DNA of 64,000 nucleotides from Takakia lepidozioides (taxonomy: Eukaryota; Plantae; Bryophyta). The translations under genes were made by a program, and so were the position numbers. Shown here in pieces: positions 25,395-36,849 of the stretch (the stretch's first letter is position 1; every line of letters starts with the position of its first letter). The notes under the pieces are model-generated. The model saw only the letters and a list, made by a program, of their open reading frames with translations, did no database searches and was not told the origin of the DNA. The stretch is taken from NCBI GenBank assembly GCA_030704615.1, contig CM060733.1:32922001-32986000 (forward strand), given 5' to 3'.

Positions 25395-26845
25395 TAGAAG
25401 AGGCCCCGGAGTTTAATGCGCCCGGGCCGGTAAACGTATGTGGCACGCCGCCCACCCGCCCCGCCGCCCCCCGCCCCGCCGCCCCCCCTAGTCTGGCGCC
25501 TCGGATCCGTGCGGTCACCGCGACGACGCCCATGTTGTGGTAGGCCCCACGCAGTCTAGAGTCCCTTTTTCTGTATAAGTAACATTAAATTCAGTCTACT
25601 GCTAATGTAGAAGCACGCAGCCCAGTGGTGCGATCGCTCCTACATGAAAGCAGAGGTTCTTCAAAAATATTCTAAGTCCTGAGTCGATGCCCATCTTCAC
25701 ACATAGTCATACATGTATGGAAATACATGAGAAATACATGTTCATGCATGTGGGGTCTCAGGTTCGGGTACCAATTAGTATATGATGTCAGATAATACTA
25801 GAGTTTTTGTTTGATTTTGCAACTTCAAAAAAGTTCCAAGTTTAAATGCTCATCTTGCATAGTCGTACATGAGAAATAAATGGTCATGCTAGTAGAGATA
25901 TTAAGATTCATACTCATCATCTCATTCATTGTTATATGAACCCACGACCTCATGACTTGTATGCATAGAAATAGAGTTTTAATAATGCATGAAAATACAT
26001 GACAAGTTTGATGCATTGTCATACATATGCCACAAGAAATGTGCATGAATGAGACATGACATCATGTATGTACGACTATGCTAATAGATATGACAATGCA
26101 TTCAAATCATGTATGACTTTGCAACGATTGAAAATAAAAAGAATGATATTAGTATAGATATGAAGATTCATAGTCAAATTGGGCTGCATGCTGCTACGTT
26201 ACAACTAACTCGAATTTAATGTTAGTTATACAGAAAAAGGGACTCTAGACTGCGTGGGGCGATTGCTTCTTCCTGAAAGCTGTGGTTTCAGGGTCGAACT
26301 TCAACAGTTCTGCAACCGAGGCTTTTTGCGCTACTACTTCAAAAAAATTCTAAGTCCTAAGTCGATGCCCATCTTCACGCATAGTCACACATGTATGGAA
26401 ATACATGAGAAATATAGGGTTGTGGGCCCGGTCTTAGGTTGACATACTGTCAAATCTCATGTATTATGGAAATACATGAGAAACATATGGACATGCATGT
26501 TCCCTATAAGCTCCCAATCTTTGTAATTTTGCTACTTCAAAAAAATTGTTAGTCCCTACGAAAGTAGTTACATGGTGACTATACTTGGATGACCATCTTC
26601 GAAAATAGTCATACATGAGAAAATGTATGGTCAGGCATGAATACATGAGCTGTCTTCATGCACAAGTCTTGAATGGTATATATTATAATTATGTATGACA
26701 AGTATATAGGTCTACCACGACATGGGCGTCATCGCGGTGACCGCGTGGATCTAAGGCGCCAGACTAGGGGGGCGCGGTTGCGGGTGGGCGGCGGACCACG
26801 TACACTTATCAGGCCCGGGTGCATTAAACTCCCGGGCCTCTTCTA
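25395..26845. mobile_element. Non-autonomous fold-back/TIR DNA element with nested inverted repeats
   Basis: GC-rich arms 25395-25543 and 26712-26845 are reverse complements (TA-GAAGAGGCC...GGCCTCTTC-TA); inner inverted repeat 25544-25625 vs 26178-26260; direct repeats ~25660-25738 vs ~26335-26413. Confidence 0.8.
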
Positions 26846-27130
26846 TTACTTGCCCCCACTATGCTCTACAATCCACTCCCAGATCCAAAGATTCAATTCC
26901 AAAATACCCCATTTTGAACGAATCGGATGCAACGACACCTGTGCAATTGGCAACATTCTCGCTTACAGATGTGCAGTTGAATAAGAATGCAAGAGGTTCG
27001 AAGAATTTTAATGACTCAAGACAATGCATGATGCCGTTCAAAGCGAATCCTCACTAAAGTGCACATTGCCCAAGCAAGCAACCAGAATATTTTAACATCG
27101 TAGCTTGAAGATTACACTAGCTGGGTTTTA

Positions 27131-29600
27131 TGTTGAAAATCCGCTCGTGTATTTTGCAGAAGGTCTGTAGAATTCCAAGGATGGGAAAATGTACATGAAG
27201 GGTTGTCGACCAGTAGATGCCAATTGGACGTTGTTGCTCCAGGACACTGTAGATTCCTTAGATGATGGGCTTGACTGTTCCCTTGAAATTGTTCCGGAGT
27301 ACCTCTCAATAGTACCTAATGTTGACAGAGTTTATAAATCTATGCACATCTACAATCAAGATTCCAAAGCCAGAGATCTACACTCTGTGTAGCCAGACAT
27401 GAAAGAGAGAAATAATAAGTAAGAGACAAACAAGACGATAGTTCTTGATGCTTGAAAAAACAAGATACATGATAGTCACGCTTCACGTCTATCTGTATTC
27501 TCTCCAGCAACGAATAGTCAACAAACAATTTGACCATCTGTCTCAAACTACTCATGATGAAGGTGTGTGGATGTAAATCATTGTAATCCTACACTCCCAC
27601 TTAGACACATAAGTTTTATGCATGAGCCTTAGGGTACTGGCACTATGCCTGCCATGCTCCTAAATCTGATAAACTTATTAGCTGGTAGAGCCTTAGTAAA
27701 CATGTCTGCAAGCTGATCCTGTGTAGGAACATAAGCTATGTCTACCTCCCCTACAACCTGCTTGTCTCGCACATAGTGATACTGGATATCTATGTGCTTT
27801 GTACGTTTGTGAAATTCAGGATTTCTCATCAAACGAATAGCACTCTGATTATCTGCATAAATCAGTTGTTCCCTTCTGCTCATACCCTATGTCCTTCAAC
27901 AACCGTCGAACCCAAACAACCTCTTTCGTTGATGTACATGCAGCCACGTATTCAAACTCGGTTGTAGAGGTTGATGTGCATTTCTGGAGTTGGTTGCTCA
28001 ATGCGAGTGGACCTTTCGTTCATCAAGAAAATGAATCTTGTCCTAGACCTATAATTCTCCAGATCTTCCCCATAGTACGCATCGTAATAACCCGTCAAGG
28101 TATTCTCAGCTTGTCAACTGCTCCCACTGAAACAAATCCCATAGTTTAATGTGCCATTTAGATATTTAAATATCCGTTTCACGGCATTCTAATGAGCTGT
28201 TCATGGACAATGCGAATATTTTGCTACACAATTGACCTCGTAGGCAATGTCAGGTCATGTGCCCAACATGGCAAACATGAGTGAGCCAACTGCCTCCCTG
28301 GAGGGTAGGTACTCACTATTCTCTCCTTCGTTATCTTCATATTGTTCAGCCATATGCAAGCTGCTTAACCTTGCATTAGGATCAGCTGGAACAATCGGAG
28401 GACTTGCGTCATCAAATCCAAAATGTTTGATGATGCAATATACCTCTTCTGATCTAGGTAAATCGTTCTCTTCTCCCTGTCCTTTCACAATTCTCTTCAC
28501 ACTGGCATGCGGTAGGTCTCACTCTCTCGTCCCGGGCACATGAACAGTTCGATGCATCCTAAGCGGCGGCTGGATGTGGTGGGCCCCGCCAGCAGCTGCA
28601 GCTTGGGCGGTCCCTGCTTCCAAGGGGGCAGCCTCGCAATCCCACGTAACAATCGACTTCTCCTGCTTTCACGTCAAAACGCAGATTCAAGTATTCGATG
28701 ATCTCATCCAAGTTTGATTGATCACGGCTGCAAACAATTCCATCATCTATGAAAATTGCTGCAATAGCCTCTGATGCACCATCACTATAATACACACAGC
28801 AATCAACTTGGCTAGGCTTTAGATCATAGTTCACAAGAAAGTGATTGAATTTCTCATTCCATGCCTGGGATGCTTGTTTAAGCCCAAATTCTTCTTCAGA
28901 ACGCAGACTTCAACTTCATGTCCTCCTTCCATGTAACCTTCTGGTTGCATCATATACAGCTCTTCATCCAAATCTCAAGAAAGTTGTTTTCACGTCAAAC
29001 TAGACTATGTTCATGTCTTTGGTTGTAGCTATGCTCAAGATTGTCCTGATTGAACTGTGAATATCCTTGATTGTGTCATCCGATTTTTGTTTGACCTTGA
29101 ACACCCATTTGCACTTTATGGCTGCTCTCCCCTGTGGCAATTTGCCTAGAACCCATATTCTGTTCTGTAGCAATGATCAATACTCTTCATACATGGATGC
29201 TCTCCAACTCTCCGAATGTTCAGACTTAATGGCTTCCTATCAGCTCATCGGCCAGACTCAGTTTTTGCTAAACATGTATGAAATGGTTTCTGCTTCCTTC
29301 CTTCGTTTGACACGTCTAACACATATTCACTCAAGTCTACTCGGTGGTCTCCTTTCCCTGTGTGGATTAACTCATAGTGGTTGGACTGACTGGTCTCTCC
29401 CACTTCTCGATGCTTCTCCCACTCTTGCAAATAGACAGATGTTGGCGTGTGGAGAGAGTGGCTGCTCTGCTGGCTCTTATGTGGATGGTCTCAGATCCTA
29501 GCATGGGCCTTGATGGAAGGCAACCTGTGGCCTCTGCCACTCCTGTCCCTGCTTCACAATTTGTTTCGAAAATCGGATACCAACTGAGGATGAATTCAGG
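27131..29600 (-). mobile_element. Decayed Ty1/copia retrotransposon (RT, RNase H, PPT, 3' LTR 27131-27593)
   Basis: DVKTTFL..DLDEELYMMQPEG, LKQASQAW, IFIDDG, EAVGSLMFA, IYADNQSAI..NPEFHKRTKHIDIQYHYVRD; PPT aagtgggag then TGTAGG; LTR ends CAACA. Confidence 0.9.
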
Positions 29601-29649
29601 CCACTAGTGACGTTGGCCACTCTTGGTAAGCAACAACTCAATATATATC

Positions 29650-30400
29650 ACCCACTTGAGCTTGCCCTCCAAACAACACGATTGGTGTAGATGAACTTTC
29701 TTCTTATCTTTGGCGGTAAAGTAGTGACCAATGCACTTCTTCCTTCTACTTAACAATATTTGTAGATGGGACCTAAAGTGTTGAAGATGGCTGCTAATGA
29801 ATACAAGCAGCTATCGAGGATATGCATTTTAACAAGAGATGAAACGACACATTTGCTAACCGTTGAGGCATTGGATGAAGCCGTCGAGGTTTTTGAGCAT
29901 TATGTTGAGGCATTGGAAGTGTTCCCCGATTTGCGCTCAGTTCTTCCGGAGCAAAATATTATGATCGATTCATACAAAACCGTGAACTTACCTTCTCAAT
30001 TCATTTCGACTATTACTTGTCATTTGTCTCTACCGTATTGAGAGCTCTTACTTGAAGACTTGGTATTTGAGGTGGTCTCTAGAATACCTATCCAAACGAA
30101 GATGAAAGTCACATAACATTTTATAGGAAATGGAGAAAACTCCCTTTGAAGACACTGTCGATTCAAGTTAAGGGCGCCGTCTTGGAGTCAAATGTACTGA
30201 GAGATCAAAGACATCAAATCTTGGAGCGTATAGTCCAAGAACTAACACATGGCAGACGTTATCGTTGGTCTTTTTACCCTGCAATGATCGAAGAATCTAT
30301 CGGTTGAGTGCCCTTGCCCATGCAGGCAGAAGCAATGAAAGCTGCATGCGATGTCACGCAATTTGTGTAAATCCTCAACCTCAATTTTCATTGTGTATAT
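29650..30400 (+). pseudogene. Possible decayed F-box gene fragment
   Basis: Past the stop of ORF 29766-30041 the frame reads ELLLEDLVFEVVSRIPIQTKMKV, then RKWRK in a shifted frame, resembling an F-box motif. Confidence 0.3.
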
Positions 30401-30704
30401 GTTTGTGTAACGTTGAGGAATGAGTAAACCCGTTGAATCAAGTTAAACTTAAAATATCTACATTCATTACACATTGGTCGACCTTCAATCAAAACTGATG
30501 TAGATTGAGTCATGATCCTACAAATATAAAAGAAAATCAGAATATTGAAATTTTAAAAATGATATTACTAGTCAATGGAATCTTTTTTAGCCCATAAATG
30601 AAAAGCAATGAACATTGCCACTGACCAACTCAAAAGTGTTAGAAATAACGTATAACTAAATAATTACATCCTCAAACACAACTACTATAGGAACATCTAT
30701 ATTC

Positions 30705-31065
30705 TTGAGCTCAACCATTATGTTGTCATGTGGTAGTAGTTGTTGGAAGAGTTTTTGTGATGGTCATTATCTACTAAAAAGACCAATCACAACTATAAGT
30801 TGTAATAGTCAAATTATAATATTATCAAAAGTGTTACGCATAATTATTAAATATGTATCTTCGCTAGCGGAAGGCAATAACCCTTCGGGGTGAAGAGACA
30901 CAATTTACGCTTCCTTCGGGAGGCGTCAAATATTACTATTAAATATTATTATCGTATCTTCTCGAACCCAACTATGATGTTGTCACATGGTGGTATTCGT
31001 TGGAAGAGCTTTTGTAATGGTTGTTATCTAAAATGACAATCACAACTAGTATAAGTTGTTATAAG
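30705..31065 (+). repeat. Diverged ~100-bp direct repeat (about 30710-30810 and 30968-31063)
   Basis: Both copies share atgttgtca..tggt..gttggaagag.ttttgt.atggt..ttatcta..gac..aatcacaacta..taagttgt.ata. Confidence 0.7.
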
Positions 31066-32140
31066 GGGCAACTACATCCACTTCAAATAAGTTCGTGGTC
31101 AAAAAATAATGAAACTAATATATAGCTTGGTAGTCCAGCCCACACAAGCCAAATATATCAAATATATAACATTGAACAACATCTCACATGTGTGGAAGAC
31201 TATTAATACACAAGACAAACAAGATTAACATGTAGGATTTTATGACAAATGGTTGTTCAATGGCCTCAATATTGAAGCGTTATTCTAGATGCATATGTTA
31301 CTGCCACCGGTGTCAAACATCAATTCTATATTATTTACTAGGGTTAAGTTCCATAGATAATACTATAAGGGGATGGGAAAAACAAATAGATTATGCTTAT
31401 CATAGCAAATTTGCAAGGTCGATCTGTTGTATGTCATGATTTTGGCTTTGCAAATTGTCATAATTTTTTTCCATCTACCCAATCTGTCTCATATAGGTGC
31501 TATTGGAAATCCCTAGTTGGGAACTACGTTTTAGCTATTTACAATTGTTTAATCGGAAAGATTCGTCTTTAAGGAAACGATACATTTCAAAGTAGGACTA
31601 TTGGCGGGATATAGATGTTTAATTTGCACTAAGATCCTAGTCAACCTAAGAACCATTAAACATGGATTTTCTTAAACTTATTTTTTTCTCTGAAGACCCA
31701 ACAATTTGTCGAGTCACAATGAGGGTACCACATATGTTTATATTTGTGAGGCTTATGTTAGGGCTTGTACAATAGTGCGTTTGAGTTTACTACTATGGTC
31801 TGACAATTTTGTTCTTTCAGTTGATATATTGCCCCATTTAATGAAGGAGGAAAAACACCATGAGTTCTTACCAAGACTCAACAACATAATAAGAACTAAT
31901 AAATAAATAAAATAAATAAGAACTTGTACATTCATTTATACTAGCTTTGGACAAATATACAATGCAAATTTTTTCCACTAGGAAGCAACTAACGAGTAGC
32001 ACTTGCATTAGCCATATGACACTGGAGCATCGAACAAATTTTAATAGAACATTGAATGATCATCATAGTCAATTAATATGGGTTTTTTTTGCAAATGGGT
32101 TCTAAACTAAATGGCTAATACAAAAATCTATTAGGTCCCC

Positions 32141-32935
32141 TTAACCCTTAAGTTCCCAAGCCCTTTTTTGACATTTTACCAATTTTGGGTACCCAGCTGC
32201 AGTAAATTGCCCCTAGAAACCTACCAAAAATCATCCAGAGATTCCAACCTTATAGCAATGGGCCCAGCTCATTTATGCATGACATACCAAAAAATGAGCC
32301 AAGTCCACCGTGGAAATTGTGAGATTATAACGTTGGCCCGGACCTCAAATATCAGGTCCCAAAGAAAAAGTGAGAAAAAAATTGGTTTGACCAAATCAAA
32401 ACTTAGCTTTATCCAATTTGCTTGCCCCAAGACCCACCATTTCCAAATCAATAGTGGAGTGGCTATGACCCCACTAAATTGCAGGTCCAACAGATTTTTT
32501 CACCTACGGTTGCTATTCATGCAATTACATGGGGGTTGAAATCTCAAAATTGATAAGAGAAAATGTGCCTCCAAATGAAGTACTTTTTTTCTACAAAATT
32601 TTTAAAAGCCAATGGTGTATGTGTTTTTTCCCAAATTACTAATTTTCTGCCAAAAATGGCCTTTGGAATGCAATCTGTTTTGGGCTTGTTTACCTGCCAC
32701 GTCAGCGGTCAACAAGCCATTTTCAGGCCCCAAAACGTAAATGAGAGATCTAAGATATTTTTGTAGGTCGTAGCTTTTGTTTGTTTTTTAATTTTGTTTT
32801 TTGCATCATACTCGAGACAAATCCCTTGTCATTAAAGCTTTAGGAGTGGGCCCCATCAGATTAGGTCTGCAAAAATTAGGTCGAACTGCAAATTCGAAGT
32901 GACCCGATTCAGGTCGTTGGGAACTTAAGGGTTAA
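32141..32935. mobile_element. piggyBac-like non-autonomous element (MITE), 787 bp plus TTAA target-site duplication
   Basis: TTAA|CCCTTAAGTTCCCAA (32141-32159) and TTGGGAACTTAAGGG|TTAA (32917-32935): perfect 15-bp TIRs starting with CCC and flanked by TTAA. Confidence 0.8.
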
Positions 32936-32972
32936 TGACCATGATGCCTTCAAAAGAAAATTCTCATAGTTT

Positions 32973-35144
32973 TTAATATGGCTCTTTTCGAGTAACTTGC
33001 GCATGCACGGCGGGCTCATAGAGCCAATTGCCAAGGAACCGAACGTCGACTTCAAATTTTGGGGAGACAATGTAGTTCCATTGTCTGCTCTTCACATTTA
33101 AGAAGAAAACTGAACAAGCATCTGGAGGAGCGATCCAAATATTGCCTATGCCTGTAATGCAATTTAACTCTAGAGGTTGGTCATAAGGGAATTGCCTTCT
33201 AGGGTAGTGCAATTGGTAGTATCGGTCAGCCAAAGGGGGTCCAAACTTTTTGAATATTTTCGTAATTGGAGCATCTGGTCTACCAATAGGTATAAGCTTG
33301 TAAACTTGTATGGTTGGTTTTGCCAATTTGATACGTCGAGCTATTCCGTAAAGTCCATTGTTGCACTCTACAATGGTTGGGGGGTCTTTTGATGGTCCTT
33401 TAATCCACTCATGAATAGTCCACTCAAATGTGGTGAGGTTGTATGCTATAACTATTCGAGCAAAAGCATGTGTTTCGGGTTTTGTTGCCATGGTCTCTCC
33501 TAATGTGTAGATGGTGTTTGTACCATCCATTTCATTTCTTGTCATGGGAAGGGATTTTTCGTACCTTAGTATTGGTGGACGAAATGTATCTTTAAGTACT
33601 TTGAGATGTCGAACCCATTCATTATTAAATGAGTTGTAAATTGACACACCTAGTTGCCACTTTGTTGATAGTTGGGATTCTTCCAAATGCCAACCCATAA
33701 GGTATATTGTGTATTCATTGGACATAGGAGTGACAACCATGCGAGCAGCCAAATGCATGAGATGAATAGGCAAAGATGGCAAACACTTATGTTCTCTAGT
33801 TATGGGGTTACATACAACAAAAATGGGTTGAGGCGGGTGAGTGTCACACTTCCAATGTCGTCCTTGCATATACTTTGGATTATCTTTGTTTGTTCGGGGT
33901 ATTCGGTTGCTATACAACATTAAGAGTCCACCTTCACCCCCGAGCATGCCACACACATGTTTGGGTAGATAATCGAATGAGGGCATTTTCACCCACTTTT
34001 TGTTGCCTTGGTGATATGCCAAAAGCGACATATCTTCAATGGAAAACATTGTAGGACAATATTCTTTGTTGTGTGTAAGAAGATCGTCAAGTCTAGGACT
34101 TCTATACGCGAATTTCAAGTTTTCACGAAATTTTCTGCAAGGATAACCCAATGCAAATAATCGTGCAACAGGTAGTTTCCATAGAATTAGATCCCGTAGT
34201 TTCTTTCTATCATGGGGGTTTGGGAAATGTGAGGTTTCCCACCATTCTTTAAGGACATTCAATGATAATTCATCCTGAGCACAACCACGTGGCAGATGGA
34301 GCCTCTGTTGGTCAGTTCTATTGATCCGCGCTCCTATGGGAGCTGCATCACATTCTTCATTGGCCTGATCTAGTTTGACCTTAAAAGAAGTCATTCCCCA
34401 TGGTCCATCAACTCCTTCGTTTGAAAGTGTTGTAGGAACATCTAGCTGAAATTGTACATTGACCTCTACAGGGACATTTTGTACATCTGGACGCTCGCGG
34501 TGAAATGACTCGGTGTTATCCCCATAGAATATTTGAAGATCTACATGTGAATATTCATAGTCATCTGTGTCCATATCGTCAAAGTCATCATCTGCAAGAG
34601 GTTCTCGTATTTTTCCACGTAACAATCCCGGGGGTGCAGAAGTAGACTCAACCCTAGGTAACTTAGGGAGAGGTCCGCTTCTTTCCTGTCTAGGAATTCC
34701 TTCCATTCCAATGTTTGTATGGTCATCCGCCCGTCTACGGCTTCTTTGTTGTCTAGGAACGCCATCCTGACCCATAGTTATTACTAAACGTCTAGGAATG
34801 TTACTTAGACCTTCCTTTGCTGGTCGTTCGCCCATTGGTCGTCTACGTCCATCTAGGCCTACAATTGTCCTTGCCTCCGTGGGTCGCCGTGGAGTGCCAT
34901 CTAAGCTTATAGTCGTCCTTGCCACCAACAAGTGCACCTTCACAAGTTTTCTTGGACCTTCCTCCTCACATGGGAGTAGAATCACAGTCACTTTTGGAGG
35001 TCCAATATCTAGTTTATCACCTGGCACAGACAATGTCAAATGCACTGCTGGAAAATCGTTTGTTGCTTTAATTGCTCCGTCGTCAAGCTGAGTAGCACGT
35101 TGGTAAGGATGTTGGCGTGCTCTATGGCTCCGACGTAATGCCAT
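32973..35144 (-). CDS. Intronless F-box protein with a kelch/F-box-associated-like C-terminus and a long repetitive N-terminal extension (~723 aa from ATG 35144)
   Basis: Uninterrupted ORF; F-box-like LRDLILWKLPVARLFALGYPCRKF; GGEGGLLML, FVVCNPITREHKCLP and SIYNSFNNEW motifs typical of plant F-box/kelch-like proteins. Confidence 0.7.
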   Translation of the reverse strand: MALRRSHRARQHPYQRATQLDDGAIKATNDFPAVHLTLSVPGDKLDIGPPKVTVILLPCEEEGPRKLVKVHLLVARTTISLDGTPRRPTEARTIVGLDGRRRPMGERPAKEGLSNIPRRLVITMGQDGVPRQQRSRRRADDHTNIGMEGIPRQERSGPLPKLPRVESTSAPPGLLRGKIREPLADDDFDDMDTDDYEYSHVDLQIFYGDNTESFHRERPDVQNVPVEVNVQFQLDVPTTLSNEGVDGPWGMTSFKVKLDQANEECDAAPIGARINRTDQQRLHLPRGCAQDELSLNVLKEWWETSHFPNPHDRKKLRDLILWKLPVARLFALGYPCRKFRENLKFAYRSPRLDDLLTHNKEYCPTMFSIEDMSLLAYHQGNKKWVKMPSFDYLPKHVCGMLGGEGGLLMLYSNRIPRTNKDNPKYMQGRHWKCDTHPPQPIFVVCNPITREHKCLPSLPIHLMHLAARMVVTPMSNEYTIYLMGWHLEESQLSTKWQLGVSIYNSFNNEWVRHLKVLKDTFRPPILRYEKSLPMTRNEMDGTNTIYTLGETMATKPETHAFARIVIAYNLTTFEWTIHEWIKGPSKDPPTIVECNNGLYGIARRIKLAKPTIQVYKLIPIGRPDAPITKIFKKFGPPLADRYYQLHYPRRQFPYDQPLELNCITGIGNIWIAPPDACSVFFLNVKSRQWNYIVSPKFEVDVRFLGNWLYEPAVHAQVTRKEPY

Positions 35145-36849
35145 TGTGATGGATTGTGTCTTTGTCAAAGCAATTTTGGCATGAAGTAGGGTGATAGAGC
35201 CTACATTAGTCCACTAAAACACCAACGTACACTGTGACAATTCCATGACTATGAAATGCAACGTATTCCTTGTGTATATGAGTTGTAGATCTCTCTCAAT
35301 GCTCTCACCATCTATGTTATGAGATACCGTTGCCTAGATTAAAACCCGCCCTCCCTACTTACCATGACCAAAAAAAAGAAGAAAAAAGAAGAAAAGGAAA
35401 ATATAGGTTCCAAATAGGGAAAAATTCTTTCACCAAGAAAAGATCAAGAAGAGGAAGGAAGTGCAAATATGTAGAAATGGAGGAGGAAAATAGAGGAAAG
35501 AGGAAAAAAACCATTGTGGTTGAAGAGACACCAGTGGAGATAGTGAAAAGACACAAACAAATGAAAAGGTGTGAAATTGGAAGTTTGTTTGACAAATATT
35601 CATCCCCGATATAGTTTGCCTTCAAGTCTATAAACATTGTTGAAATCTTCATTCCAAATACTTTCAAAACAATCTTTTGGCCTATCGTTTCTAATGCCAA
35701 CATGACATGTACATAATCGCTCGAAAGTAGGGCAATGAGTCTTCCACTATTTGCCATTGATTTCAATTAACCTACAGTTACAAAAAATAATTTGATCCAC
35801 CACACGTCAAGATAGTAGCGCAATGTTATGTTTAACTAATTTGCTTTAAAAGAAGATCAATTATAAAAGACAGTTTTTCTTTAGCTATGTTCTTCAATTG
35901 CTTTCGGCCCCTTGCGTTGTCATCATAATAAAGCTACTATACAAATTGGTAGACTTACCATTTGCTCAATGCCTCAAAAGAAAATGATAATAATATGATG
36001 CTTTCAAAGATCATTATTTATATTAATATTAGATGTATTCTTCCATGCAAGTTTTTAATCTTTTCATTCAACTATCGTTAAACTTGTATATATGGAGATA
36101 AGGTGTGTTATATAATATCAAATATCACCTTAAAAAAGATGTCAAAATTGTTGTTTATACTTGTACTATATACTCGACAAATGATTAAAAACACCAATAG
36201 AGGATCATGATTCCATATAAGCAAAATTGTTTCATTTGGATAAATCATGCTCAAAAGTGTTGTAATGATATACCGGATCAAATGAAAAACAATGGCATTT
36301 GAATTAATTATCACCTAAAAATAAGAGAAAATAAAATAAATTCACAATATTTTATAAAAACTTTCTATAACATCTGTAAGAACATTTAGAAATGCAATTG
36401 ATATTGGAAATCATTATAATAACAAAGGACATTTCTGAGTTTGTTTTAAATTTGGGCTCGTGTATTTTGGGAAGATTCACCTGCAGAATTGGAGGTGAGA
36501 GGAGCTAGACCTCCCCAAAAAATGCAGCTGCAAAATGATGGCATGGTGCAGGAAATTGATTTGTCAAGTTATAACTAGCTACCAAACATATTGAATTATA
36601 AAATGTTAATATCTTTGGGTTGGTTTGAAGAATGTGTTGATAAATTATACAAATGCATTCAATTACCTCCCAAACAAGACTTCTTCTAAGGTTCATAATT
36701 TGTAAATGAGATCCTTGAAAGATTAGTTTCAAAAAGTGTATGTACTGTGTGCCTCCTTGAAACATGAAATACATATTGAGGGTTATCCTTATAAGTCGCC
36801 GGCTCATTCTTCAACAGGCACGCGGTCAGAGATAGGTGAAAAAAAAACT

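Noticed and set aside
25660-26640. CRISPR-like array suggested by repeated catacatg/gaaatacatgag motifs
   Set aside because: Irregular spacing, diverged units, eukaryotic context and no cas genes.
35330-36830. Short AT-rich ORFs upstream of the F-box gene (possible transposase or F-box remnants)
   Set aside because: No recognisable motif; could not be assigned from sequence alone.
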